From Trichoplax adhaerens (taxonomy: Eukaryota; Animalia; Placozoa), in NCBI RefSeq assembly GCF_000150275.1, contig NW_002060945.1:4637397-4701396 (forward strand): 64,000 nucleotides of DNA. The letters are read 5' to 3'. Every line of letters begins with the position of its first letter. Position 1 is the first letter of the stretch. The position numbers and the translations under genes are program-made. Of the stretch, positions 1 to 14,638 are shown piece by piece. The notes under the pieces were generated by a model. That model was not told where the DNA came from and did no database searches. It saw only the letters and a program-made list of their open reading frames with translations.

Positions 1-127
1 AATATACAAAGAGGAAAATTAAAAGCTATCTAATGCCGTACCATTGAAAGAAAGAATTTTAAGTATATTTTGTACATGTACATGCACTCACTGCCTATTA
101 TTTTAGATTTTATAATATACCACTTAC

Positions 128-3100
128 CTTGCTTCCGTTCTTAACTGCCAATTATCAGATTTACATAATGCTGGGCACTTATCGATCACGATACTATCAC
201 AATATAAACAATGTAAGCGTAAGTGTAATTTCTCGATATCCACTAATCGACATTCGATACGTGCCGTGCCGCAACATAATCTACGCTCGCTATCATCTTG
301 ATAATAGTCAATTAAGTAGCGTTTAGGTACATTTTGCAAGGAAGACCTAGAAAGTACGACAGCCAAAGTTAATTCAGGTACCCTGCATGCAATAAGAGCA
401 ACTGTATAAAATGATGCTACTTCATACCTTGCATGAAAATCAGATTTATTAAAATAGCTATCATAATAATTCTCTGATATCGAGTTCAATGTAACACTAC
501 TATTAGCCAAATATTCGCAGTAGATTGTACCATGCTGCGAAACTTTGCATAATATAGAATGAAAAGTGACAATTGAGCCAGGCAATAATCCAAGGCAGTG
601 ATGAAGATGAGCATTGTTTCCATAGATTTTGATACAATTAGGTGAAGTTAAATCGATAGCTTTGATTACTATTGTCTGCTCAACGGGTCCATGTAAATTT
701 ATATCGGAACTAAAAGATAATACAGATACTAAACTTTCACCATATTCATCGCTACCAAATACTGAGTTACTTGCGTCGCAATAATGCTTCGATAATATAA
801 TACACTGAAAGGATACCAACTTACTAAAACCATAAATAAAAAAAGATACGATTAATGTTGTACGAGTATGTAAAGAATGACTATAAATTCATATCCCTCT
901 ATTTTTCAATCTTACATATTTACCTGAAGTTAGATACAGATAACTCTTCTGCTTTAGTCCGATCTGATATAGTACAATTTAGAGCATCTTTAATATTTAT
1001 AAAATTTTCATATTTACCATTAATTTCCCGAAATTGTTTAATATATTGAGCATCATTCTTAGGGAAGCATTCGAGTATACTGTCAAGCTCATGATCATAA
1101 TGTTCTAACCACATTGTATTACAATTAAAATTGACTACTGATGAACTTATTGCGTAACTTTGATTTCCCGAGTAGCGTTGATTCTCAGAGTTGCCATTAC
1201 TATGACATGAATTAACAACATTTTGTAGATATGTCTGATTTAATTGAGATTCCAATTTCCTCTTACGATTACTTAAATTTATTGAATTATTTGTAGTCGA
1301 TCTATCAGATTTAGAAGTTGCTTCACAAAGGTAACAAAACATCCCAGGCTCTAAAAATGGGTACCAAGAAAGTGATTCTTCATCATCAAAGATAATAACA
1401 GCACTACTATTACTTGATAAATCTATATCAACACTAAATTGCTGCCCATAATTGGTTGGATTAATTTTCCCAGATCGAACAACATCAGTAATTTCTTTTA
1501 AGCCATTTAAATTACATTTTTCAACAGTTGCTAACATTTTCTTGGTGCTTTCTTCAATAATAGCAATTTTACGACCATAGAATAACTGAACACCAACAGA
1601 AAATCTCTTAATTTGATTTAAATCAAAAGAGTTGCTAGCATGTTTGTGCTTTACGTATAACAGTCGCTTCTTATAAGAAACTAATTTAACTGTAACTCCA
1701 GATGATTCGCTTGCCTGACAGTCTTTTTGAGTCACAATTTTTGTAATTTGAATAGGTGCGAATAACGATGCTTTCTTTGACGATCTGAAATTTGACAATA
1801 ATCTATCGATACTGTATGGCCGGCTGACAAAACGACAAGCATCATTAATTGAAAATTGAATGTATTTCATATAACGAAATTCATTTCCTACACTGTACAT
1901 ATTTGGAATTCGTAATCTTTCTATGATGAGCTGGTATTTCCTAATGATCCATAGTTGATCAACTTCATTAAATTTAATATTCATATTAGTTAGTTGATCT
2001 AAATCGTCATTTCTTACGCCACTATATCGCGATGAGACAATACAGTTTATTTCACCGGTATTATCAACCAGTTTGAGGTGTCCATCTTTTTTGCTGCTTA
2101 ACAAACAACCGACGATAACCTAAGAGGGGAATAAATAGTGATGTGGGTATTAACGATTGTATTATAAAAATAATGTACAGGTGAAGTACAGCATTCTTGT
2201 AAAATGACAATTACGATTTTATAACTTTTATCCTCACTTTCGGGGCTCGATCTTTTCCAGAAGGAGAGATAATTTGATAGTTCCATGATACCCTATCTCT
2301 GTTAACGTTAATCCAACCATATCCATCTTCTTCAGTCATAGAATGCCAATGGTCTTTCCGCCAGTTACTGCTATTACTCATACTGTTACTGGTATCGTTT
2401 ATTGCTTCATCAAATATATGTAACACATCTGATACAGAAGCAATTGATGGAAGAAGTATGGGCCAATAAGGGTGAGTCGTAACATGACATCGATGAGGCC
2501 AATTGAAAAATTCGTCGTAGAAATTACGCGAAATATTTGGATACGGTATTTCCTTTAAGTTAGACAACAGATGGATAAATCTATCGATCGCACCCTGATT
2601 GCCTTTGAGAATTTTGCCTCCCCTAAATATTAATAAATATAAATAACGCTATTAGTAGAACTAAAAATATCCGAATACAATAGATTGAGGAAATAAAATC
2701 ACACTTGGTGTAAATATAAACTTACTCCTGCCAATCATCGCACGTCCCAAATAACATCTTTCGGCTGTTGTAAACATAGAAATGCCAGTAATAATGAGAA
2801 AACAACATAGATTATATCCATATCTAATCATTGCTGTAGTACTTATAAATCGAAGAAATTAAATATAGACCACAGTTAAGATCTTTTATGAAGATACGGT
2901 ATTAACTTTAGGATAAAGTGAATGTGATCTTTTCATATGAACCTTTAGTGAATTAAAATCTTTAAAACTAAATAAAATGAGCAAGTAAAATTTAGACGAG
3001 CTATACTAACTGCCATGAGAACTCAACTATAACAATCTAACGTTTACTACAGTAACGTCAAAGCTATGCATTAATCTCGGAAATCTCTTAGCTAGAAATG

Positions 3101-6100
3101 TTCTAAATTTAGACTGAGTATAGGAATATCACGAAAAATGAAACCCTTGCAAAAGAAACGAAATATTAAGCAAGTGTGCGCTAATCAGTTAGTTTGCAAA
3201 TTTATAGCATGTTTATCAAACTTACGAAAACCAATGTGAAAACATTCCAGATAACTTTTCACAAGCACTCAAAAACCAATCATATAACATCACTGGCATC
3301 ATTCCAGCATGCCTACCAAATACACTACAACAGGATACAAAGGGCTACATAGATAGAAGAAAAATAACAACAGTAAGGATAAATTATAGTGAAAGTACGT
3401 ATAAAATGTTATCATGTTTTACCACATATGGAGAGTCTTGATCTGTAAATCTTACAACCTCAACTGAACTTTGAGAACAAAGGCAAAATCCGATAACATG
3501 CTTCATAAACACAAAAATAAAAATAGATCGTGTTAGTATAGACAAGGTTTGTCGATAATTTTATAAGTTATGTTAGTATAATTACCTTATTGACATGAAT
3601 TAAATGTGCATGATACATTTTGATACAAGCTCCAATTCTCATTCCACGACAACAATTTAAACACGGAGAATAACACATATAAAGCCTGCGGTAAAGGAGA
3701 AATAGCTGCATGTACAGTATGATTTAAACCGTAAACAATCTCTTCAAGCTATAAATAGTTAATAAACTATCCTTGCAGAAAAGAGATAGATTTAAATACC
3801 CAGCGTACTTGTATTTATTGTCTATTTCATAGATGCCAGCTTCAACATTAGTATAACTGGATATAACACCCTATAATAATAATATATACGTAAGAAAACT
3901 AGCATTCCATGACAATAATAGGTTGAAATTAAAATTAGGAACTGCGGTGGTGCATTACATTTTACCTGGTATGAAATGCACTTGCTTCTGACGCATAAAC
4001 CTAACTTTGCCGCTTTACCAACTTCTTCGTAGGTACTACATGGATGGTTATTCTTTTCACTAGATTCCACATTATCCGTAGCTGGATAATCTGTATTAAT
4101 CCTTTCTTTTAGTGTGGCGCTTAAAGATAAATCATTACTTTCACTTTCTGATATTTTTATGTCTTGATTATCTTTCAATGGAGGTACCGATTGCTTATCA
4201 CCTTTGGAGATCCATATTAAACGATTATATAATGTCATCACATTAGATTATATATACATACCTTATGTCAATTGGTAATATCTTTATATTAAATTAAGCA
4301 TTAGTATAATCTAATCAGTAGGAGTATAGTGTTACACTCAGGTGACAAGGTAAGACGATCATATAGTAGACTATACCAGCAAAATTGATGATATAGCAAT
4401 TAATAGACAAAGCTAGTTCTTCATTTTACGGTCTTATACTCTGATAACAATACGAAAAGTACAGTATCAGCTTTATGATATACAGTATAAATGATTATGT
4501 ACTGCAAACATTGCTCATAAGCTCAAAAAACAATTATAGCGCGATTAATAATGTTTACAGTTAATTACTGGTAAGGATGAATCAAATAAACATTTCTGGA
4601 GTAAAAATCAGACTTACTAGTTGTACACTTAGTAAAAACTTGCTTTTCATCAATATCCGTTGCTTCTGTTTTACATACTTCAGATTTAATGTTATAAGGA
4701 AAGAAAGTTGATTGTGCTGTAGCAATTAACAAAAATCTTTCATTTTTATCTCCCTGTAATTCAAATAAAATAAAATTTAATTAAATCTTGATATCAGCCA
4801 CAGATACTATAATATATATACAACATACCTTATTCTTTACAACGTTAATCATATGAGTAAAGACATAAACGCGCCCAATTATTAAAAAGCTATGCCAATG
4901 TAAGAAGCTTTTTCCCTGTAAAGAAAGTTAGTGCAAATTAATAGTTATTATCTGACGACACCAACATAATTTTTTGATTATACAATACATCAAAGATAAT
5001 TTTAATAACACACCTTGAAAAGACATGGCGTATAAACTGAGTTTTGACTGCACATTAACTGTATCATGAAATAGCCTTTACCATGGGTGCTACAGAAAGC
5101 CATCAAATTGAAATTTATAACTCAACTCGCACTTAAATACTCGTATGTTACAACTTGAATAAATCTTTTTCCGGGCAGCACATTACCTAAAAATCTGACT
5201 TTTGGATGTAATTTTACCAAAAACGTGTGAAACATTTCTGCCTTGATTACACTTTTTTCTATGGCAGCAAAATATCATTACTATGTATGTTTTTTTGATA
5301 TTCATCTTTATTATTTACTGAAATTATCAATAAAAGGAATAGGGAAAATATTCTTAACTAACTTTACTATTTCCTGTAACCCGGATACCGACATTAAACG
5401 ATCGTTAGGTAACTGAACTTCCATACCAAATGTTCCATAATTTGATAATGGTATACAATCATCTATTATTTCTAAGTAGCATTGTGATGGATATTGATTG
5501 ATTCCTAGGATAGTTTTAAAGTTTAAGTAAGTAGGATAATTTAATACAGTAGTATTTACTGATAATTGATAAAAAAATGAAACCTTATATTAACAATTAA
5601 GTCTTTGCTAGCGCAATATTCCACAATAGCATATTATACACGAAGTCTCCTTTAAATATGTCTTACTAAATCTTTCTATGTTAGTTGTATTGCTGTCCTT
5701 TGCTACTACAAACGTCCATGAGGGCACTAATATTAAATTCCTCAGCCAATTTGGATTGGGATGCACGATCTAGCAAAAAGACTGTTATAGATTCTACACG
5801 CTATTAAAAATCGATAGCAAATTAATCAAAGTTTACCGTCACAATTACCTCAGATATGACGGCACCCGTATTATCTTGTAGATATAAACACCCGAAATTT
5901 AAATGATGAGTGGAGGCTGCAGAGGAATCTGTCAAGTAACCAAGCAATAACAATCGACGCCGCAATAACGGACTATTACCTGTGAAATATAATACAAATT
6001 TCAGCCTAAAACGTAATAGTAGACGTATTCTAAACTATAATTCAGAGCTGTAAGATGAAATTTTTACAATTTTAAGTCATAAATACACGTATGCATGATA

Positions 6101-7003
6101 ACACTGTAGTGGCATTAGTTCGTCGAAAGTAGCTCTAGTATTATAATTACAGTTTACCATTTTTATTTGTTGATACGAGCCCTAAAGGCTACATCTATTC
6201 CATTCTGTATGCGAAAACAATCTAGATTTCTCAATAATGACTATTATAGGCATACCCACTACCCAGTGAGTTAATATACTAAGACAGTAATATCTTAACA
6301 TCGATCACTTACTCCTAAATTTAGATAAGACTACAACTCGTACAACACCGGTAGTTACCCAACTTTAGTTGGCAATTAGATTCAATTTTGCAAACATTCT
6401 AGTCGTGATTAGCATATTTAAATTGCAATTTCAATAATGCAATAGAGGTTGTTCATTGCAATATATTGATATCCTTCTAAATTATGAGTTCTAATATGTT
6501 GTTAATTATAGCATACACTATGGGTGCACTCTGTTCTGCAATGCAGAATGTGCGATACTATTCATTCTCACCTCGATAAATCTGCAAGCCATCTTGGTTA
6601 GTCAACAATTCATGAATACTAATGGCATGAAATAGCTGCATTTCCGTATTGACATTTTGATCATCTCTTGCAATCCAATCTCGAACTATTGATATAATTC
6701 TTTTACATATATCCAGAATATTTAAGCTAATGCTGTCAATAATGACGTTTGTACGAACATGAATGATTAAATCTTGAAGCCATTCTCGTTGCTAAATGAA
6801 AAATTGCAAAGAAACATGACAAAAATAATGCACGTATTACCATCAATTTCAAGCAGTTTTACTCGTCATCTCGCATAAATCACTCTTTAAGATATTGATC
6901 GGCAATGATCTACAGATCGTACCTGACATTGATGGCCAAAGTCGAAATGATGGATGCAATAGGAGACAAGTCCGAGCTCGTCCTCATCATCGCCGCTTGC
7001 CAT
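128..7003 (-). CDS. CTC1: CST complex subunit CTC1 (multi-exon; C-terminal exons continue beyond the left edge of the window)
   Basis: ATG at 7003 (MASGDDEDELG...). Exons translate to QREWLQDLIIHV, RRRLLLLGYLTD...GCLYLQDNTGAVISE, PNWLRNLILVPSWTF, GHLKLVDNTGEINCIV, LSWYPFLEPGMFCYL, LGLLPGSIVTFHSILCKVSQHGTIYC and a Cys-rich CLYCDS...KCPALC segment. These match OB-fold and zinc-ribbon motifs of human CTC1 (LLLLGTLTD, SLYVRDNTGVLSCE, LGLLPGARVHF). Introns are GT-AG. Confidence 0.93.
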
Positions 7004-7039
7004 GTTTTGTTTTGAATATCGTTGGACCCTTTTCCCATT

Positions 7040-7230
7040 GACCGTACAGTAGATTACTGTCCACAGTGCCAAGTGCACAGTGCTGTACTGTATAGGGCCC
7101 ACTGTAATGTACTGTACAGTACTGTACAGTACTGTACTGAACTGTATTACTTTACAGTACAGTACAGTAGGACTCTACAGTACATTGTACAAGGGTGTCT
7201 CATACTGTACTGTACAGTATAGTACAGTCG
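7040..7230. promoter_or_regulatory. TACAG/CTGTA pentamer palindromic array in the CTC1-NPHP1 bidirectional promoter
   Basis: The 259-bp gap between the divergent ATGs (7003 and 7263) is largely filled with gtactgtacagtactgtacagtactgtactg...tacagtacagtacagta. Confidence 0.75.
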
Positions 7231-7262
7231 CAAGAAGAAGCAAATGAATCCTTGGAGGGAAA

Positions 7263-7696
7263 ATGGCTAGCAATCGTCATGGTAATAAAAAATCATCGTT
7301 AGTCCGATTAGAAGCTGTTGGAGATCAGCTTAAATCTCAGGTAAAATCCAGTGATATTATTTAAAGAGATCGTAGTAGGTAGCACTATTTGTCGTAAAAC
7401 AAGATCAAATTAATAATAGCGTGAGTTTGATAAGAATTAATTAATATAGTGAAAGATTGAATCTAAATTAAATGTAAATTAAACGTATCTAGAATGCGAA
7501 CAAGCCTTTCTTACTTGTCTCTCGATAGGTCGATAGCTTTAGAAATGACAGTCTTATTAGTATCAAAGAAGCTGCAACAAGAGAGGAAGAAGAAGCTATT
7601 ATTAAGGACCTATTAAAGAAGTAATATATGTACAGTATATACATTTAGCTGATAAAAATCGCATTAAGTGATTTCGAAAATACGCGTTTTCCATAC

Positions 7697-7729
<33 letters not shown>

Positions 7730-10700
7730 TGTCTACTCTATATTATACAAGTACACACATATACGCGATGAGTGTGGCATACTCATTGGTAAAGCAAGGT
7801 ATATATTAACGATATAAGATTCGGGTCAGATATAATATACGAATCTATATACATAATATATATATATAATACCTTTATTGCAACTCATAGCGATGTATTC
7901 ATATCATCCTGATCAGATAAATTCATTATTATACGCGTATTTTCTACTCTACGCTGGATATAGTGTGCGTGCATCAAGGTAACGTTTGGTCTTCAGTTTA
8001 ATGAAAATTATATTATGGAAACTTTCATTTCAAAATTAGCTAGTGACTTATTTGTATCATCGCAATCGGTTCACTGTATTTTCACCGAATATAAGTTGGA
8101 TTTTAACAAAAGTCTTAATTTCCTCGTCTTATTTACGTTTAGTATGAGAAGAAATAGTCATAAAAGTAGTACAATACGATTTTAATTCCGCATTGCAATA
8201 TTTATATTTCATACTGCATTCCTAAGGTAGGGTACTAATTAGTTTCTGAATGGATACATAAGCAATGGAGCCCACATTCCGCTCTAGAGAATTCTAGGTT
8301 TTGGTTTAAACTAGGCCTTAGTGAAAATTTTATTGACTATATCGCAAACTTGAAATACATCACGATTTTTTATTAGGTATATCGTACCGAATTCGTGCTA
8401 CTGCTTCATGGAATACAGCTTTAGTATAATTTGATTGATATCTGCCTAATCCATATTTGTCACTGTCGTATTAGATATTCTTGATGGAGACAAGGCAAAA
8501 TGTTTAAGGGTAGATAGCTTTTATTTACAGTTAGAATTAGGAGACGTTACAGAGATAAGTTAGCCTCGTGGCGGAGAGATTAATGACTAGTAGAGAGAGC
8601 AATGTAATCTAAACATGTTTATACGTTATTCGTCCACAGTCTAGTCTTAAGAATGAGCCTTGTACCAATAAGTACTGTAAATCTACGGTAACATTACTAC
8701 TACAGGTTCAACAAATGAACGTACAGTAATTGACTAATGATATCACACAACAAACACGTTCGGAACACTTAATACGTATAATTTGTAGAACTTTAGATAG
8801 ATTGAATAGTAAAGCTGACGGTTTTTTACAGCTCATGTTATATTAATTACCGTTATTTATACACAGACTTCAACTATGAAAATGCATAATAATGAATGCA
8901 GTTCGTCTAGAGATGAAAACCACTTTCACCCTTCACATTGTTTTACTTAATATTTTAGACGCTTGTATAATTTAATTGATTCTATAGAAGCACTATAAGT
9001 CATCTATGGGCCTGTACCTTATTAGTAACGAAACGTTTTAATAGTATAAATAAATCAAGCTTTGATGTCGTTTAGTCTTGAAATCTTGTCATTCTAATCT
9101 AAATTGTGATAATCATCTTCAGATATATAAGCTTAACATCTTCTGTTGAAGAGGCTATGGAAAAAATAAGTAGTTTGAAAAGAGTGAGTATTGTATAATA
9201 ACTTTAACTTTATTTAGCTTTATTTAACTAAAAAATAATCTTATTCTCATTAATAATATAATAACATTTCAATAAAGGACGATGGCAAAGTTAGAATGAC
9301 CGATTTTAATAAGAGAAAATCGCAAGAAATAAATCGGTTACAAAATTTACAGGTAAGGATTTAATCATAATTTTATAAATCTATGTTTACGAAGCTAGAG
9401 AACAGTCGAATATCAGCATTAATTCAGCACTTTTCGAATGCCATTTCCTGTACATGAAATGCAGATATACTGCTCGAAATTTCATCTACGATTGTTAAAA
9501 GTTCGCATTGTTGCTTTTAGGAACAACTTGATGAAATTGCTGATAAGATTGACCCTGAGGAGTCTGAAAGGTACGAATAACTTTTATTCGTAAGGTATAA
9601 TGTCTAAATTAAATCCTTACGGTGGATACCAAAGCTCCTTCCTTAATAGGCCTTAATGTAACATAACTCTAGGTCCTTTCAGAATCTTAGCATGGATGAT
9701 TCATTAGATGACGATTATGAGGAATCACCAGGAAAAGATTCTCGGTCAAAAGTACCTAAACGAAAAGGGTAAAATAATTAACATAATTGCAATATAAGAG
9801 CTTTCCATACGAAATCTACTTGGTTTAAAAAGAGTGTTTGGTTTACTTTAGGGACTATCAGAATCAAGATAACACATCTGAGGATGAAGATGATGATTTT
9901 GATGAAGAAGAAGATGATATAGACGAAGAAGAAGAAGAAGAGGAAGACCAAGATCAAGAAGATGACGAGGAGGGGGAAGATATGTCTGTAGTGCGTATCT
10001 TATCAGCTGTTACATTCTTTATAATAAATCAATTAGCATTAATGTGATGCTTTAAGGAGCTTCCCATTGCTAAACTAATATTTAGCCTAGATACGTCGAA
10101 GCTATTTGCGATTTTGAAGGTGAAGAACCGGGTGACTTAGAGTTTGTTGCTGGTGAAGTGTTAACAATCATTTCTACGAGGTGATAAGTAGTAATCAATC
10201 ACAGCGATAGGCGGTAAAGAGGGCTGCTTGCTATCATATTTTATCTATTCGTTCGTGTTCCTACAGGGAGGATGGCTGGTGGGAAGCTGAAAATCGATCA
10301 GGCGACCGTGGATTAGTACCAACCACATACTTAAAAGTATATAGAGTAGCGATTACTATTGCATATGAAACTAGCACATTGCTTTTGCTATTAAACGTTC
10401 TCGCTAAAACTATCCACCATTTATTGATTGAAAATTTTAGGAAATTGATAATGAAAATGATGATTCTTTCGAAAAACAAGTAGAAGGTTTGCAAAATGAA
10501 TTTTATTTTAATAATCCGCACCTTTACATATGGATAACATTTAACAGTATTCCTTTGGCTTATATATTTAGAGGAGGATGGTCGACCCAGCCCTTCGTAA
10601 GATGTAGCCTATTATTGATTGTGTTATTGAAATAATAACAAATTAAACAGTTTGTACTGCATTCGTTCAACGACTGTATAGCAATTATTCGTTGCTTTGA

Positions 10701-13700
10701 TTGCAATCTTTTTTATACAATATTAGTGGTAAAGAGTTATGGGCTAAAGTAAGGGAAGCAGCATCAATTGTAAGTTAAAAATTATTTATTGATAACATAT
10801 TAAGTGCATCCATATGTCAGTGCATATATTTTAATTAACATGAATAGCCATGTTCATCGTGATAAACTGCCCTAATTTTGTAGTCACAGGAAATTACCCC
10901 AGTAAGTAAAGCTTTATCAGCCTTAGGGGCTATGCCTTCGTGCTTTAGAGAAACAACACTTGGTAGATTGGCTGCCAAAGGAGGTCTGAGAAGTTATCGT
11001 AATAGTACCATTATAACCTACTTCGATCATTAATTCTTGATCTGGTGCAATTACGTAATTAAGTAGCTCTCATTCTTATTATTTTTTCATTAAGCTAAAT
11101 ATATTTTTACTTTTACCAATCATCGTATGCAGGAGTACACAATCTACAATTGTATCTATCCCCAAGATTAAGTGAATCAAATTTATCATATCGTGATTTG
11201 CAATGGAATTCTAAATCAAACACGGTTATAATCCGGACTTTATAAGGCCTTAAAATTATGATGCACTTGTTACTTTAAACAAATGTTCAATAAGAAATGG
11301 CTAAAATTTTACATTTAACAATTATTTCTTTAGATTGAACCTTATAACTGTAAAGTTACACGATTATTCAACTTGGTTACAGCAAAACATGCTCCATTAC
11401 CTGGCGCAGGTTAGTTAGATTTAATTCTAAATTTGTATTATTTGCTACGATGCAATACCTACGTTCTGTTATCAATTTAGGAGTTAATGTTCTCAGTCGA
11501 CATGTTAGAATCGCGTTCTCTAATAGAGCAAAAGTAAGTATTTCGCTATTTTAGGTATTTTAGAGCCATTTGATGCTAATCATATTTTCATACTTTAAAA
11601 ATTTAATCTCAATAATTTTACCAGATCTTGAGCAATGTTCATACAGTGCGAGCTGTTTGCTTGAAAGATAATTTGGTTACCTGGAAATTTTCACCCGTTG
11701 TGAGTTTGCTATAGATATATCCGTTGTATAACCAAAAACGGTGATATTGTTCAATTACTAATACAATCTATTTCAGGTCAAAGGAACTCTTCCTAGTTTA
11801 TTTGATGGTAATTCTGTAGCAAGAATCGACTTTACTGATTCCTCTCTTGGTAATGACTTGATAATTCTCATTTTCTTGGCTTATTCATTCTTGATGTTTC
11901 ACAGTATATGCTTATCAGCAAGGTTCGCTTTCTTCTATTTCCTTGATTAAATCGACTATCTATCGTTTTCTAGGACTCATTTTTGAGATGTGCTATACAT
12001 TTGAAAGAAACGTAAGGCGTTGTACAATATTAAAAGATCTGATCAATCTTTCTAAAGGAGTTTTACTTCCAACTCTAAGTTCCATTTGATCATCATTATC
12101 TGATCCAATGATATTCTGTACGTGATTTGCTAGAGTACCGGAGAAAGAGGAGAATTAAGTTGTGGCTGGTGCTTCTTGCCACTTTTTGGAACAAATGGTG
12201 CCCCCGTCGTCAATAAGTATGAGTGCTATATTTAAAGCGTCCAATATGCTTACATCTTGTAAAAATATTTTTAATTAATAAGCTAACCGGTTACAATTTT
12301 TAGAACGTATGAACTAAAATTGCAAGGTGGATCGATATACGAACCAGGAGTAGAGATAGATAACTCACAAAAATCAGGTAAATATTATATCACGTAGCAA
12401 CGAATCTAGCTATTTTAAATGTTGAAATTAATCGAGAATATTAATCTGCATGACAATTTTAGTACAGCATTCGAATGTTAAGACTTTGCTTCTGAGTATA
12501 AATACTGCATACTCTTAATTCAACATCTGAATTGTATTCTCTGCTTAAAATAAATATTTTATCACTTGGTAACATCTCCACTGAAAAGTGTAGTGTAAAT
12601 TAATTGAGAGTTTTAAATATTGCTATAAGATACCTCGTTAGTGTATTGCGATTCCACAAGTAACATTTTCGCTATTGTCCATGACTTTATAATGATTTAA
12701 AACTAGGCAAACGTGGACAAAATCCGTTTTCTTCCAAGAAACATCCACGTCTGTTAGTCCGTTTAATAAACCCTAAACGTGCGGATCTGGAAATTCTCGA
12801 GTATGCAATCCAATATTCTAGCTATCAATAATACTGCATACCTCATTGCTATCCATGTCTACTATATTTATTACATTGTTTATTTTATTTATATTTGTTT
12901 CTGCTATCCTCCTAGTTTTCTACCGAATACGATAATTACGTGTCAATCTTACGCTCCCTTTATCAAGTATTACAGAGAAATTTTAGGCAAAGTTATATTG
13001 CACGATTCCCCAGATGAACAGAGTACAGGTACAGTTATATAGCAACTGCTCAATATTCGAATTACTAAACTAACATCTAATGAAAATGAAATGATGAATT
13101 GTCCTACTATCATATTTTACATAGATCTGATCCATCACCCTGTTTTAGCATCATTTTCCAAAGTTATTCAGCATACCGATCTAATGGATGCGCTAAAGGT
13201 AACATGTACGAATTACTTCGTTGACAACAAAACTAAAATTCATACATCCTAAAATATGTAATTTTGCTCGGATTATAAATCGTTTTTGAAATTCATAACC
13301 TTGTAAGCTACATAACGAATATGAAGCAATTATAACCGTAACTATTCCATATGTTATTATACTAGACATGTTGGGAAGATAATATTAAATCTGCCACACG
13401 ATCTGAAAGGGTAACGGATATTTTCTGTTAAAATAGCAATGTAGCCAAAGAGTTTCCGTTAGACTTTGTTGCCGATCCTTTTGATTAATGGATCAGTTTA
13501 ATTATGTAATTTATAGTAGTATTTGAAAACTTTCTCTGTTTTTAATGATGCTAGGCTTTATATTAGAGCTCTAGTAATAAATATTAGTTTTCAAGAAGCA
13601 GAAATTTAAATATCACAAGGCGAAAAGGAAATTTATTTTTTAGTTCAAAAAAATCACACTTAACCTTTAGCTTATAATCATACCATATGGTAATTACGAG

Positions 13701-14638
13701 TTACTAGTTCGGGTTGTTATTGGATAACGAATGTCATAAAAATGAAACTGTTTCGTAAATTTTATTACTGAAGTCTTAAGACGTATCGGAGTACTCCGAT
13801 AAATAAAGCATTTAATATATTTTATACTCTTGGTATGAAGCTAAAAACTATACACGATATATTGAGTAACTCTTTATCATTCCACTATATATAGAAAGAT
13901 CGGGATTTTATGAGAAATTTCTTTATCAAGATATTCATGCGAAGCGCTTATCCATTACTTCATTCCGCAGAATTACAGCCAGCGGCTCCATTAGCTGATA
14001 ATGATGTATATCAGGTATTATTAATATTAAACTACATGATATAAACAACTTTACAGATGCGATTCTAGCGATTTTATAGATTGTTGACAATATATATACA
14101 CTCCTATAAATCTAGTGTAACTCACTCAATACTTGTAAATAACTGCGTTATATACTGTAATTTTTAATATTATAAAAATTTTAAGCTCAATTTACGTACA
14201 TTTTTATCACACAAGAATTTTGATGATACATATATACGTATACAATTAGCAACAACAGTACGATAACAACCAGTAGTTTTACTTTTCAATTTATTTTCTG
14301 TTATATCAAGTGTTGATAGTCACCTGGCCGTATGTCAGTGTTACATCATAGTACTTGCGGTGTAAATATTGCTCTATCAAAGAAGATTATTTAGTGCTGT
14401 AATATATGATTGCTAAATAAAGACTGCCTTGTTGCTGTTTAATGATATGTTATTAATATTTCCAATCGCACTGTTTTCACTGCTATCATTACAGGCAAGG
14501 TATGCCGTCATCGAAAATTTTCTAAAGCAGTCCAATATCCTCTCCAATTTATTATCTCCTAACGTTATTCATAATCCCTTCGATTCATCTGAAATGTCTT
14601 ATGATATTACTGGAGCATCAACAAATTTATTACATTGA
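7263..14638 (+). CDS. NPHP1: Nephrocystin-1 (coiled coil, acidic tract, SH3 and NHD domains), multi-exon
   Basis: ATG at 7263 ([26 protein letters not shown]). D/E tract at 9880-9980. SH3 reads [53 protein letters not shown]. Later exons read [44 protein letters not shown] and [13 protein letters not shown]. The last exon [13 protein letters not shown] ends at TGA 14636-14638. Confidence 0.95.
7699..7728. repeat. (TA)15 microsatellite in NPHP1 intron 2
   Basis: Read directly from the sequence. Confidence 0.9.

Noticed and set aside
808-816. Perfect U12 donor GTATCCTTT on the minus strand in CTC1
   Set aside because: It lies in conserved coding sequence (LVSF, also present in human CTC1) just after an acceptor, and I found no matching branch point downstream.
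6887-7222. ORF-track peptides rich in YSTVQYCTV (also at 26398, 26866, 34083, 41998, 61180-61945)
   Set aside because: These are translations of the TACAG/CTGTA arrays, which contain no stop codons. Only 6923-7003 (CTC1 exon 1) is real coding sequence.
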